DNA of 64,000 nt from an uncultured delta proteobacterium (GCA_963823335.1 CAWGLD010000001.1:1440001-1504000), one strand, 5' to 3'. Positions 18,279 to 27,454 are shown, counted from the stretch's first letter. The notes: generated by a model not told the origin, from the letters alone. Made by a program: numbers and translations.

Positions 18279-19544
18279 ATGACGGAGCTCACAACCAATC
18301 AAGAACTGCAGACAATGCGCAGTGAGGTTATTTCCAACGGATACGCCAGTGGTACGGGCTGTTATATAGCCTCTGCCAGAGGGGCTTTGATCCAGGATGT
18401 GGAAGGCAAGGAGTATATCGACTTTGCAGGCGGGATTGCCGTGATGAACATCGGTCACAGCCATCCCAAGGTGGTGGCGGCCATCAAGGCCCAGGCGGAA
18501 AAATTCACCCATACCTGTTTCATGGTGACCCCGTATGCATCCCCGGTCCGCCTGGCCAAAAGGCTGTGCGAAATTACCCCGGGAGACTTTGCAAAGAAGG
18601 TCCTCTTTATCAACAGTGGGGCCGAGGCTGTGGAGAATGCCGTCAAGATCGCCCGTTACTATACCAAACGACCGGCGATCATCGTATTTGAAAACGGTTA
18701 CCACGGCCGAACACTGCTGACCATGACCATGACCAGTAAGGTCAAACCCTACAAACTGGGTTTTGGTCCCTTTGCCCCGGAGGTGTACCGCATGCCTTTC
18801 GGGGATGTTGTCGGTCCGGAGAAGCTTGAGGATTTTTTTATCAAGCACGTCAACCCCGAGGCGGTCGCAGCGGTGGTGGCGGAACCGGTTCAGGGAGAAG
18901 GCGGGTTCATCGCTCCCCCGGACGGATATTTCCAGAAACTGGTGGAGATCTGCCGGAAAAACGGTATTCTGTTCATCAGCGACGAGATCCAGACCGGTAT
19001 GGGCCGTACGGGCAAGATGTTTGCCATCGAGCACTGGGGCGTAGAACCGGACCTGATTACCGTGGCCAAGAGCTTGGCAGCCGGCATGCCCTTGAGCGCG
19101 GTTGTGGGCCGCCAGGAGATCATGGATTCCATACACCCGGGTGGGCTTGGCGGCACCTATGGTGCCAACCCCCTGGCCTGTGAAGCGGCCTTGGCCGTGC
19201 TGGACGTGTTCGAAGAAGAAAAAATGCTCGATAAATCGGTGGCCTTGGGCGAAAAACTGTTGGCCCGTTTTAAGACCTGGCAGCAGCAGTACGACATCAT
19301 TGGCGAAATCCGGGGCTTGGGCGCCATGCTGGGATTAGAACTGGTAAAGGGTCCAGAGTGTTCTCCTGCCGCAGAAGAGGCCAAAGCTCTGGCAGCGGCC
19401 TGTTTTGAAAACGGGTTGAGCATACTGGTCTGCGGTAGTTACGGAAACATCATTCGTGTATTGGCTCCTTTTGTCATTACCGATGAACAGTTGAATAAAG
19501 GTCTCGATATCATGGAAGCGTGTATCAAAAAGATCAGTGCGTAA
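18279..19544 (+). CDS. gabT: Class III PLP omega-aminotransferase (GabT/DavT-like)
   Basis: DFAGGIAV, NSGAEAVENAVK, YHGRT, EPVQGEGG, DEIQTG, AKSLAAG and GGTYG motifs. Substrate uncertain. Confidence 0.85.
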   Translation: MTELTTNQELQTMRSEVISNGYASGTGCYIASARGALIQDVEGKEYIDFAGGIAVMNIGHSHPKVVAAIKAQAEKFTHTCFMVTPYASPVRLAKRLCEITPGDFAKKVLFINSGAEAVENAVKIARYYTKRPAIIVFENGYHGRTLLTMTMTSKVKPYKLGFGPFAPEVYRMPFGDVVGPEKLEDFFIKHVNPEAVAAVVAEPVQGEGGFIAPPDGYFQKLVEICRKNGILFISDEIQTGMGRTGKMFAIEHWGVEPDLITVAKSLAAGMPLSAVVGRQEIMDSIHPGGLGGTYGANPLACEAALAVLDVFEEEKMLDKSVALGEKLLARFKTWQQQYDIIGEIRGLGAMLGLELVKGPECSPAAEEAKALAAACFENGLSILVCGSYGNIIRVLAPFVITDEQLNKGLDIMEACIKKISA

Positions 19545-19567
19545 TCTTTAAGTAGGGGAAAATACCA

Positions 19568-21349
19568 ATGCTGGGTATATATAATCGCATTTTAAAGGTG
19601 GATTTGACCAACAAAGCTTTTAAAATAGAGGACAACGGCATTCCATTATCCATTTATGAAACTTTTCTGGGAGGCAAGGGATTGGGTACCTACCTTCTCT
19701 ACAAGTATAACCCGCCGGGTGTTGATCCCCTTTCTCCGGACAATCACATTGTTTTTGCCACAGGTCCTGTAACAGGGAGTCGTATCTGGGGAAGCTGCCG
19801 GTATGGCGTCTTCACCAAGTCACCCCAGACCATGCTTTACTCGGAGTCCTATTCAGGCGGCAAGGCACCCGAAGCCCTGGACAGTGCCGGGTACGATGCC
19901 ATCGTCATTTCCGGTAAAAGCGCGGCCCCGATCGTGTTGTCTGTTCACCCGGAGGGTGTGACCTTCCATGATGCCGGCGATATCTGGGGAAAAGACACCT
20001 ATGACACCGAAGACATCCTGCTGGAGCGCTTCCGGCTGACCAACGAGACCTATGGGAAACCCGGGGCGGTGGTGATCGGGCCGGCTTCGGAGAATCTGGT
20101 CAAATTCGGGGTGATTGAAAACGATTACTGGCGCTCGGCGGGCCGTACGGGTGTGGGTACGGTATTGGGGGCCAAGCATCTTAAAGGGATTGTGTTTCAG
20201 GGAGATTGCCAGCGCCCTCTGGCGGATCCGGATGCGGTGAGCGTGTTCTCCCGTGAGCTTGCCATGGATAACAAGGAGAGTCCGGGGGTCAAGGCCTATA
20301 AAAGCATGGGCACCCCCATGATGGTCAAGCTGCTCAACAATGCCAAGGCATTTCCCACCCGGTACTGGTCTGCAGGTACGTGCGAGCACTGGGAGAAGAT
20401 CAGCGCCGATGCCCTGCACAATCAATGCGAGGTCAAACCCAGGGCTTGTCTTAAATGTTTCATGGCCTGTGGCAGGATGAGTCGTGTTCTGCAGGGACGC
20501 CATTCCGGATTGCGTCTAGAAGGACCGGAGTATGAAACCATTTATGCCTTTGGCGGGTTGTGCATGGTGGACAGCATCGAGGAGATCATCTATCTCAACG
20601 ATATCTGTGACCGCCTGGGGATGGACACTATTACCGCCGGCAATCTCTGTGCCTTTGCCATGGAAGCCGGGAAACGGGGCCGGATTGACCCGGCCATCGA
20701 TTACGGCGATGTGGACGCCATTGCTGATCTGTTAAAGAAAATTGCCTACCGGCAAGGGGTCGGCGACATTCTGGCCGACGGTATTCGACATGCCGCCAAA
20801 ATGTGGGACCTTGAAGAGATTGCCGTACATTCCAAAGGGTTGGAACCGGCCGGTTATGATCCCCGTGTTCTCAAAGGCATGGGTCTGGCCTATGCCACAT
20901 CGGACCGGGGCGCCTGTCACCTGCGTAGCACTTTTTACAAACCGGAACTGTCCGGTATGATTGCACCGGAAAAGATCCAGGGTAAAGCCAAAGTATTTGT
21001 CGACTTTGAAGATCGGCTGACGCTGTTTGATGCGCTGGTCTTCTGCAGATTTTATCGGGACATGTACGCGTGGGAACAGCTGGAGAAAGTTGTTCGCATG
21101 GTCACCGGTATCGATGTAGACAAGCCCGGGCTTCAGCAGATGGCTGCCGGCATATCCACGCTGGTGCGTCGCTTTAACATCAGAGAGGGCATGCGGCCCG
21201 AAGACGACGCTCTTTCTGCAGGGTTGTTCCGGAAATTACATGGGGCCGATAATCAACTCACCAAGGACGAGCTTGACTACATGCTCAAAGACTATTACCA
21301 GCTTCGGGGGTGGGATGAAAGAGGGATACCGTTTCTGGAATGCGAATAG
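19568..21349 (+). CDS. aor: Tungsten-dependent aldehyde:ferredoxin oxidoreductase family protein
   Basis: FLGGKGLG, AGRTGVGTVLGAKHLK, CLKCFMAC, EYET, DRLGMDTI, YDPR and RGACH motifs. Confidence 0.93.
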   Translation: MLGIYNRILKVDLTNKAFKIEDNGIPLSIYETFLGGKGLGTYLLYKYNPPGVDPLSPDNHIVFATGPVTGSRIWGSCRYGVFTKSPQTMLYSESYSGGKAPEALDSAGYDAIVISGKSAAPIVLSVHPEGVTFHDAGDIWGKDTYDTEDILLERFRLTNETYGKPGAVVIGPASENLVKFGVIENDYWRSAGRTGVGTVLGAKHLKGIVFQGDCQRPLADPDAVSVFSRELAMDNKESPGVKAYKSMGTPMMVKLLNNAKAFPTRYWSAGTCEHWEKISADALHNQCEVKPRACLKCFMACGRMSRVLQGRHSGLRLEGPEYETIYAFGGLCMVDSIEEIIYLNDICDRLGMDTITAGNLCAFAMEAGKRGRIDPAIDYGDVDAIADLLKKIAYRQGVGDILADGIRHAAKMWDLEEIAVHSKGLEPAGYDPRVLKGMGLAYATSDRGACHLRSTFYKPELSGMIAPEKIQGKAKVFVDFEDRLTLFDALVFCRFYRDMYAWEQLEKVVRMVTGIDVDKPGLQQMAAGISTLVRRFNIREGMRPEDDALSAGLFRKLHGADNQLTKDELDYMLKDYYQLRGWDERGIPFLECE

Positions 21350-21407
21350 TGAGCGCTCATGTACAGCCGGGAACCCGGTAAACCACCATATAAAGACCTA
21401 TTGATTG

Positions 21408-22487
21408 ATGACTTTATCGACCCTACATCTCAAAAACATGTTGTCCGACGTTCAACTAGGCCGCAAATTGAGTGCGGCCGATACGGTTCATTTATTGAGC
21501 CTGGAGTATGAAGATACCCTGGAGATGGTGTTTGAGGCCGCTCGGAACCTTCGTAAAACAAATTTTGGCCGTAAGATATTTACCTACGGCTTTGCCTATA
21601 CCAGCACATTCTGTCGTAACGACTGCATCTTCTGCTATTTCCGTCACTCCAACAAGCAGCCGCAGCGGTATCGAAAAGAGGTCCGGGATGTTCTGGAAAT
21701 TGCCAGGTACATGTCCAGGGAAGGGGTCAATCTCATGGATTTGACCATGGGAGAGGATCCACGGTTTCAGGATTCTAAAAACGGGGCCATGGATGCCCTG
21801 GTTCAACTGGTCAAAGACATCAAGGCCGTGACAGAGTTGCCTGTTATGGTATCCCCTGGTGTTGTTCCGGATGAAACCCTGGCCATGTTGGCTGCCGCCG
21901 GTGTCACCTGGTACGCCTGCTACCAGGAGACCCATAATCCGGAACTGTTTAAAACCTTAAGAATCGGGCAATGCTTTGAAGAGCGTCTGGAGAAAAAGCG
22001 GGTGGCCAAAAAACTGGGACTGCTGATTGAAGATGGGATTTTAGCCGGTGTGGGTGAGTCGTCGTCGGACATCGCGCATTCCATCCAGGTGATGCGCACC
22101 CTTGATGTGGATCAGGTTCGGGTCATGAAGTTTGTGCCACAGCCCGGAACACCCATGGCAGCGCATGCTGGGGAAACGTCACTGCGTGAGTGTCTTGTCA
22201 TCGCCGTCTTGCGCTTGTCTTTTCCTGATCGCTTGATTCCGGCATCTCTGGATGTGGATGGTCTGGCGGGATTGAAGATGCGTTTGAATGCCGGTGCCAA
22301 TGTCATTACTTCCCTGGTGCCCCCGGATTTTGGCCTTTCGGGTGTGGCGAACAGTGACCTGGATATTGAAAATGCCAATCGGACCATGGCCGGGATACGC
22401 CCCGTACTGGAGGATTGCCATCTTAGCGCTGCCAAAAACATAGACTATCTATCATGGGTACGGGCACGTCAAGATGCCTTTTTGTAG
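21408..22487 (+). CDS. pylB: Methylornithine synthase PylB (radical SAM lysine mutase)
   Basis: STFCRNDCIFC (CxxxCxxC) plus PylB-type blocks DLTMGEDP, PVMVSPG, YQET, LRIGQ, EDGIL.GVG, VRVM.F.PQ.GTP, RLIPASLD.DG, RLNAGAN..TS and GVAN, as I recall them from Methanosarcina PylB; about 360 aa. Confidence 0.9.
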   Translation: MTLSTLHLKNMLSDVQLGRKLSAADTVHLLSLEYEDTLEMVFEAARNLRKTNFGRKIFTYGFAYTSTFCRNDCIFCYFRHSNKQPQRYRKEVRDVLEIARYMSREGVNLMDLTMGEDPRFQDSKNGAMDALVQLVKDIKAVTELPVMVSPGVVPDETLAMLAAAGVTWYACYQETHNPELFKTLRIGQCFEERLEKKRVAKKLGLLIEDGILAGVGESSSDIAHSIQVMRTLDVDQVRVMKFVPQPGTPMAAHAGETSLRECLVIAVLRLSFPDRLIPASLDVDGLAGLKMRLNAGANVITSLVPPDFGLSGVANSDLDIENANRTMAGIRPVLEDCHLSAAKNIDYLSWVRARQDAFL

Positions 22488-22579
22488 GTAATTGTCCGCT
22501 GAGGGAAACCCAAAAACAGGTTGTGTTTTTTCGGTTATATGACGTATATATCGAGTTTGTTACAAATTAGGATGATGGA

Positions 22580-23296
22580 ATGCTCAAAGCGATCAATGTG
22601 ACAAAAAAATTTGGTGAACTCAAGGCGGTGAATGACCTCAGCTTTGAAGTTCAGGAAGGACAGATCTTTGGTATTGCCGGGCCCAACGGTGCTGGAAAAT
22701 CAACGGTTTACAACCTCATTACCGGTTTTTACCCTTATGAGGGTACCATCGAATTTATGGGCCGCAACATAGCCGGCCTGCCGCCCTATCGTATCGCCAA
22801 AGCCGGTATTGCCCGTACGTTCCAGATCCCGCAGGTTTTTCCCAGTCTGACCGTGCAGAAAAGCATTTCTGTGGGCAGCCGTTTCGGTGCACGCGGCGGT
22901 CTCGATGCGGCCCATGTAGACGAGGTGATTCGTTTTGTGGAACTTGAAGAGGAGCGTTTACAAAACACCGGTCTTTTAAACCTCCTTTCCAAAAAGAAAC
23001 TGATGATCGGGGCCGCCCTGGCTACGAAGCCCAGAATTCTCATGCTGGACGAACCCATGGGGGGATGCAATGCCAATGAAATAAGAAGCCTGATGGATCT
23101 GATCAAGCGTATCAACCAGGAACTGGGTGTTACGATCATTATTATAGAGCATTTTATGAAGGTCTTGACTGAACTGACCGAAAAACTGCTGATCATCGAA
23201 TCCGGGACAGAGATCTGCTGCGACACACCCCAAAAAGCAGTCGACAATCCAAGGGTGATCGAGTGTTATCTAGGGGATTCATATGCTAAATGTTAA
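22580..23296 (+). CDS. LIV-type ABC transporter ATP-binding protein (LivG-like)
   Basis: GPNGAGKS, GIARTFQ, LDEP, IIEH and VIECYLG motifs. Confidence 0.92.
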   Translation: MLKAINVTKKFGELKAVNDLSFEVQEGQIFGIAGPNGAGKSTVYNLITGFYPYEGTIEFMGRNIAGLPPYRIAKAGIARTFQIPQVFPSLTVQKSISVGSRFGARGGLDAAHVDEVIRFVELEEERLQNTGLLNLLSKKKLMIGAALATKPRILMLDEPMGGCNANEIRSLMDLIKRINQELGVTIIIIEHFMKVLTELTEKLLIIESGTEICCDTPQKAVDNPRVIECYLGDSYAKC

Positions 23297-23987
23297 AAAA
23301 TTGAATGCCTATTATGGCCAGTCGCATGTTCTGAAAGATGTCTCTATTGCGGTCGAACAGGGTCAGGTAGTGGTCATTTTGGGGCCCAATGGACATGGCA
23401 AGAGTACCCTCTTGAAATCCATCTGCGGCCTGGTGAACAAGGCCAACGGCCGTGTCATCTACAAAGGGCACGACATCATGGGCCAGGCAACCGAAAAGAT
23501 CGTCAACACGGGCCTGATCTATATCGCTGAAAATCGAGAGCTGTTTCCCCATATGACCGTTTTGGAAAATCTCAAACTGGGTGCCTATTCCAAGAATGCC
23601 CGATCCCGGGAAAAGAAAAATCTGGAACGGGTATTCGATCTATTCCCGCGATTGGTGGAACGTCAGAAGCAATCTGCTTCGACCATGAGCGGCGGCGAAG
23701 CTCGCATGCTGGCAGTGGCGCGGGGATTGATGTCCAACGCTGATTTTTTGTGCATCGATGAGCCCTCCTTGGGACTTCAGCCCAGTTTGCGTCACGAAAT
23801 TTTTTCCACCATCAAGCGGATCAACGAGCAAGGCAAGACGGTTCTTCTGGTGGAACAGAATATTCCTCAGATAACTGAACTGGCTGATAGAATTTATGTC
23901 ATGGAGGAAGGGCGGATTTCCTTTGAGGGGAGCAAGGACGAAGCAATGGGGAATAAGGATTTAAAGGAAATTTTTTTAGGAATGTAG
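23283..23987 (+). CDS. LIV-type ABC transporter ATP-binding protein (LivF-like)
   Basis: GPNGHGKS, LFPRL.ER, MSGGE, DEPSLGL and LLVEQN motifs. Confidence 0.92.
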   Translation: MLNVKKLNAYYGQSHVLKDVSIAVEQGQVVVILGPNGHGKSTLLKSICGLVNKANGRVIYKGHDIMGQATEKIVNTGLIYIAENRELFPHMTVLENLKLGAYSKNARSREKKNLERVFDLFPRLVERQKQSASTMSGGEARMLAVARGLMSNADFLCIDEPSLGLQPSLRHEIFSTIKRINEQGKTVLLVEQNIPQITELADRIYVMEEGRISFEGSKDEAMGNKDLKEIFLGM

Positions 23988-24221
23988 CAAATTTTGATCA
24001 TCTCTAATGCGTTGATCAAAATATAGGGTACAAGGGTCCGAGGGTGATACAAGGGTTATAGGGTGGCTAACAGCTAACAACGGACAGTGGCATCCAAACT
24101 TCTAAGCATCCTATCTTCCCGGCATACAAGGGGGTCGACGGTACCAGGGTACGAGGGTGGTGGTTTGACACTTATAATCTGTGTAGCAACTGACTAAGCT
24201 TGGCATAGAAGGTGACAAAGC

Positions 24222-25124
24222 ATGTTTAGCGAAGACACCATTTTATTGTTTTATGAAATTACGGACGTCATTATCGCCGGCTTGTCCACCGGTTCCGTAT
24301 ACGCCCTGATGGCCGTGGGCATGACCTTGGTCTATGGTGTGACCAAGGCGTTCAATTTCGCCTATGGAGATTTTTTCAATATGGGCGGCTATTTTGCGTG
24401 GATATTGATCTTTGGCATCGGTCTTCAATTCGGCGGATATCTGACAGTTCTGCTCATTGTGATGCCGCTCATGTTTGTTGTAGGATACGGACTTGAAAAA
24501 CTCATGATTGCACCCTTGAGGAAGCGGGATGATTGGGAAAACAAGGTCATGATGCTGACTCTGGGTCTGGCGCTCTTTCTGACCAGCCTATATTCGGTGA
24601 TCTTCGGTGTGCGTATGAAATCGTTGCCCCCCATCCTAGAAGGGACGATAGAGGTAGGCCAACTGGTGTTTGCCCACCAGGACATTTTGATTTTCTTCAT
24701 GTCATTGGGCGGCATCCTGGTTTTTGGGTGGATGCTTAACAACACCCGCCTCGGCTTGGCTGTACAAGCTGTAGCCCAGAACCCTATGGGGGCCAAAATC
24801 GTGGGGATTCCACAGGAGCGTATTTTTGCTGCCACCTTTGCCATTTCAACCGTCATGGTGGGATTTGGCGGAATCCTATTGAGTCAGAAGTGGTTCATCA
24901 ATCCCAATTCAGGCGGCACGATCATGATCAAGGCCTGGGTAGTAACCGCATTCGGCGGAATGGGTTCTATCCGCGGAGGTCTTTATGCTGCTTTCATCAT
25001 TGGCATGCTGGAAGCCTTTGTGGGTTGGATATTCGGTATGAGCTACGGCATTATTGCGCTTTTTATTCTTTTGTTGGCGACCCTGGCGTTGAGGCCTCAA
25101 GGTTTAATGGGAAAAGGCGACTAA
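24222..25124 (+). CDS. LIV-type ABC transporter permease (LivH-like)
   Basis: YALMAVGMTLVYGV..FNFAYG and FGGMGS motifs. Confidence 0.92.
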   Translation: MFSEDTILLFYEITDVIIAGLSTGSVYALMAVGMTLVYGVTKAFNFAYGDFFNMGGYFAWILIFGIGLQFGGYLTVLLIVMPLMFVVGYGLEKLMIAPLRKRDDWENKVMMLTLGLALFLTSLYSVIFGVRMKSLPPILEGTIEVGQLVFAHQDILIFFMSLGGILVFGWMLNNTRLGLAVQAVAQNPMGAKIVGIPQERIFAATFAISTVMVGFGGILLSQKWFINPNSGGTIMIKAWVVTAFGGMGSIRGGLYAAFIIGMLEAFVGWIFGMSYGIIALFILLLATLALRPQGLMGKGD

Positions 25125-25127
25125 ACG

Positions 25128-26087
25128 ATGCGTATGAAACATATGGCAATCATCATCGGTGTTTCCTATGGAATTATGGCTATCCTGCCTATTATTGTAG
25201 GGGATATCCCCTTTATCATGAATATTTTGATCATGTGCCTCATCTGGGCTGTGGTGGCCTCCTGCTGGGATGTCATGATGGGGTTTGCAGGTATTTTCTC
25301 ATTCGGTCAGGTGGCTTTTTTTGTCATAGGTGCCTATTGCTCCGGTATTCTATCCATTGACCATCATGTGACACCGGTATTGTCCATTCTGATGGCCGGT
25401 CTGTTTACAGCAGGTGTGGGCGTTCTTGTGGGGTTGCCCTGTCTGAAACTGGCTGGGCCCTATGTAGCCCTGGTGACCTTTGGTGTGCACATGGCTTTGC
25501 AGCCCACATTAAGGGGTGAGATCGGCATTGCCCTGGGGTCCGGTGGCTCGGTGGGTCTTCTGACCATCCCTCCCATCAGTATATTCGGCTATACGTTCAG
25601 TTCAGCCAATATTGTCCCGACTTTTTACCTGACGCTTCTGGTATCCCTTGTCTGCGCACTGATTATTATGTTTGCCATTAAATCTTACTGGGGCGTTGCC
25701 TTTCTGGCCCTTAAAGATTCTCAGGATTTTGCCATGAGCCTGGGTGTCAGTGCATTTAAATATAAGTTGATGGTCTTTGCCCTGACCTCTTTTTTAACCG
25801 GTATCATTGGAGCATTTTACGGTCATTTTTACGGAGTGCTTTCTTTTCGCATGCTGGATCTGGATCTTTTCAGCATCTTGATGGTCATGATGCTGGTGGG
25901 CGGCTTGGGACATTTTCCCGGCGCTATCCTGGGTGCATTCCTGGTCGTCGCAGGCAGCGAACTCATGGCGCCTCTGGGCGCATACCGGGCTGTGGCCATG
26001 GGTGCTTTGGTGGTCATTCTGGTGTTGGCCCTACCAAACGGTGTTATGGGCCTTTTTTTAAGGCGTTCGGCAAATAGAATCGTATGA
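25128..26087 (+). CDS. LIV-type ABC transporter permease (LivM-like)
   Basis: GFAGIFSFGQVAFF..GAY, L.GPYVAL.T, VGGLG and PNG motifs. Confidence 0.92.
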   Translation: MRMKHMAIIIGVSYGIMAILPIIVGDIPFIMNILIMCLIWAVVASCWDVMMGFAGIFSFGQVAFFVIGAYCSGILSIDHHVTPVLSILMAGLFTAGVGVLVGLPCLKLAGPYVALVTFGVHMALQPTLRGEIGIALGSGGSVGLLTIPPISIFGYTFSSANIVPTFYLTLLVSLVCALIIMFAIKSYWGVAFLALKDSQDFAMSLGVSAFKYKLMVFALTSFLTGIIGAFYGHFYGVLSFRMLDLDLFSILMVMMLVGGLGHFPGAILGAFLVVAGSELMAPLGAYRAVAMGALVVILVLALPNGVMGLFLRRSANRIV

Positions 26088-26159
26088 TAATTTTATGAAA
26101 CCCGACGCTGTCGCTATAATTTGGATCTAACTTTAATTTCAACAAAAGGGAGGTAATGT

Positions 26160-27380
26160 ATGAAAAGAATCAGTCTGTTAACCTTGGTTATGGCGGTGAG
26201 TCTGTTTTGCGCCCCCGCAGTCATGGCGGCCGATACCATTCCGGTGGGTGTGCCGATTCCCATGACCGGCTGGGCTGCCGGCTCAGGATCAGATTATTTC
26301 AAGGGTATCAACATGGCTATTGATGAGATTAATGAATCGGGTGGCCTTCTGGGTAAACAACTTGAAATCATCCGTTTCGATTCCAAGGGGTTTGAGCCCG
26401 AAGTGGTCATGCAGGCCGCAGATTATCTCTGTGGCCAGAAGAATGTGGCATCCGTGCATGCCGGTTGGGCCGGCTGGGGCCAAGACGTTCGTGCTTACGG
26501 AAAATATGACGCTCCATTTTTTGCTGATGACGGCTCCCAGGCGGCGGTGGATATCTTCAGAGAAGATCCTGAGAAGTATTATAATATCTACCAGACAACC
26601 GATGTGGGTGTCGAGCAGGCAAAAAGCATGTTTCGTGCCCTGATGGCGCTTCCTTACAAATACCCCAATAAAAAGGTTGTGATTATCAATACCGACGATT
26701 CATGGGGTCTTGAAGTAGGTGACACGCTGAATAAAAGCTTTGAGGATAACGGCTGGAAAGTGGCCAAACGTGAGACCGTACCTTACGGCACCAATGAGTG
26801 GGGAGTCATTCTTTCGCAGATTCGCAGGATCAAGCCGGCTCTCATCCATATTGAAATCCCCAGTGGTCAGGAAAATATCACGTTTATCCAACAATTTCTG
26901 AAGAACCCTTCCGACGCCATTATCAGTCTTGGCTGGGGTGTTACACCGCGTGAAGTGGTGGACACCCTGGGTACGCAGGCCGACGGTATTGTGGGCGAAA
27001 TGCCCAGCGGGCTACCCGGACCCAAGGCGCCCAATGCAGCCGGACAAGCCTGGGTTGATAAGTTCGTCAGCATCAACAAGCATCAGGTCCCGGCCGGTGC
27101 CTGGATTGCCTACACGGCTGTGAAGGCATGGGCCAATGCGGTGACCAAGGTGGGGGATGCCTATGATTTCAAAGCCGTGAATGCTTATATCAAACAAAAC
27201 GGTTATGTTGGTGAGTTAGGCCAGATCACCTGGGACAAAGATAATGTCCTGCGTGCCCAAGCAGGAGCACCGGTGGTACACTACCAGGTGCAAGGCGGTG
27301 AGCTGCAGCCGATTTTCACCGATCCACCCCTGACACCGTATCCGGGCACGACATTTCAAAAACCACGCTGGATTAAATAA
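26160..27380 (+). CDS. LIV-type (periplasmic binding protein type 1) substrate-binding protein
   Basis: Signal peptide, P.TG..A..G and AIDEINESGGLLGKQLE motifs; GGGAGG RBS. Confidence 0.88.
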   Translation: MKRISLLTLVMAVSLFCAPAVMAADTIPVGVPIPMTGWAAGSGSDYFKGINMAIDEINESGGLLGKQLEIIRFDSKGFEPEVVMQAADYLCGQKNVASVHAGWAGWGQDVRAYGKYDAPFFADDGSQAAVDIFREDPEKYYNIYQTTDVGVEQAKSMFRALMALPYKYPNKKVVIINTDDSWGLEVGDTLNKSFEDNGWKVAKRETVPYGTNEWGVILSQIRRIKPALIHIEIPSGQENITFIQQFLKNPSDAIISLGWGVTPREVVDTLGTQADGIVGEMPSGLPGPKAPNAAGQAWVDKFVSINKHQVPAGAWIAYTAVKAWANAVTKVGDAYDFKAVNAYIKQNGYVGELGQITWDKDNVLRAQAGAPVVHYQVQGGELQPIFTDPPLTPYPGTTFQKPRWIK

Positions 27381-27412
27381 CGGCAGCAAACATTTCTACA
27401 TATATTTGTTAC

Positions 27413-27454
27413 CTGGTCAGTCCGGACATTTTGTGAAACGTCCGGGCTGACCAG
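27413..27454 (+). terminator. Long stem-loop at the end of the liv cluster (possible terminator)
   Basis: CTGGTCAGTCCGGAC...GTCCGGGCTGACCAG, about 15 bp stem; no clear U-tract. Confidence 0.5.

Noticed and set aside
21408-22487. Biotin synthase or HydE assignment for the radical SAM gene
   Set aside because: It carries PylB-type blocks (DLTMGEDP, YQET, EDGIL, IPASLD, GVAN), lacks the BioB YNHNL motif, and has no bio or hyd genes nearby.
24025-24160. Possible CRISPR array
   Set aside because: The repeats are very short and irregular, with no spacer periodicity and no cas genes.
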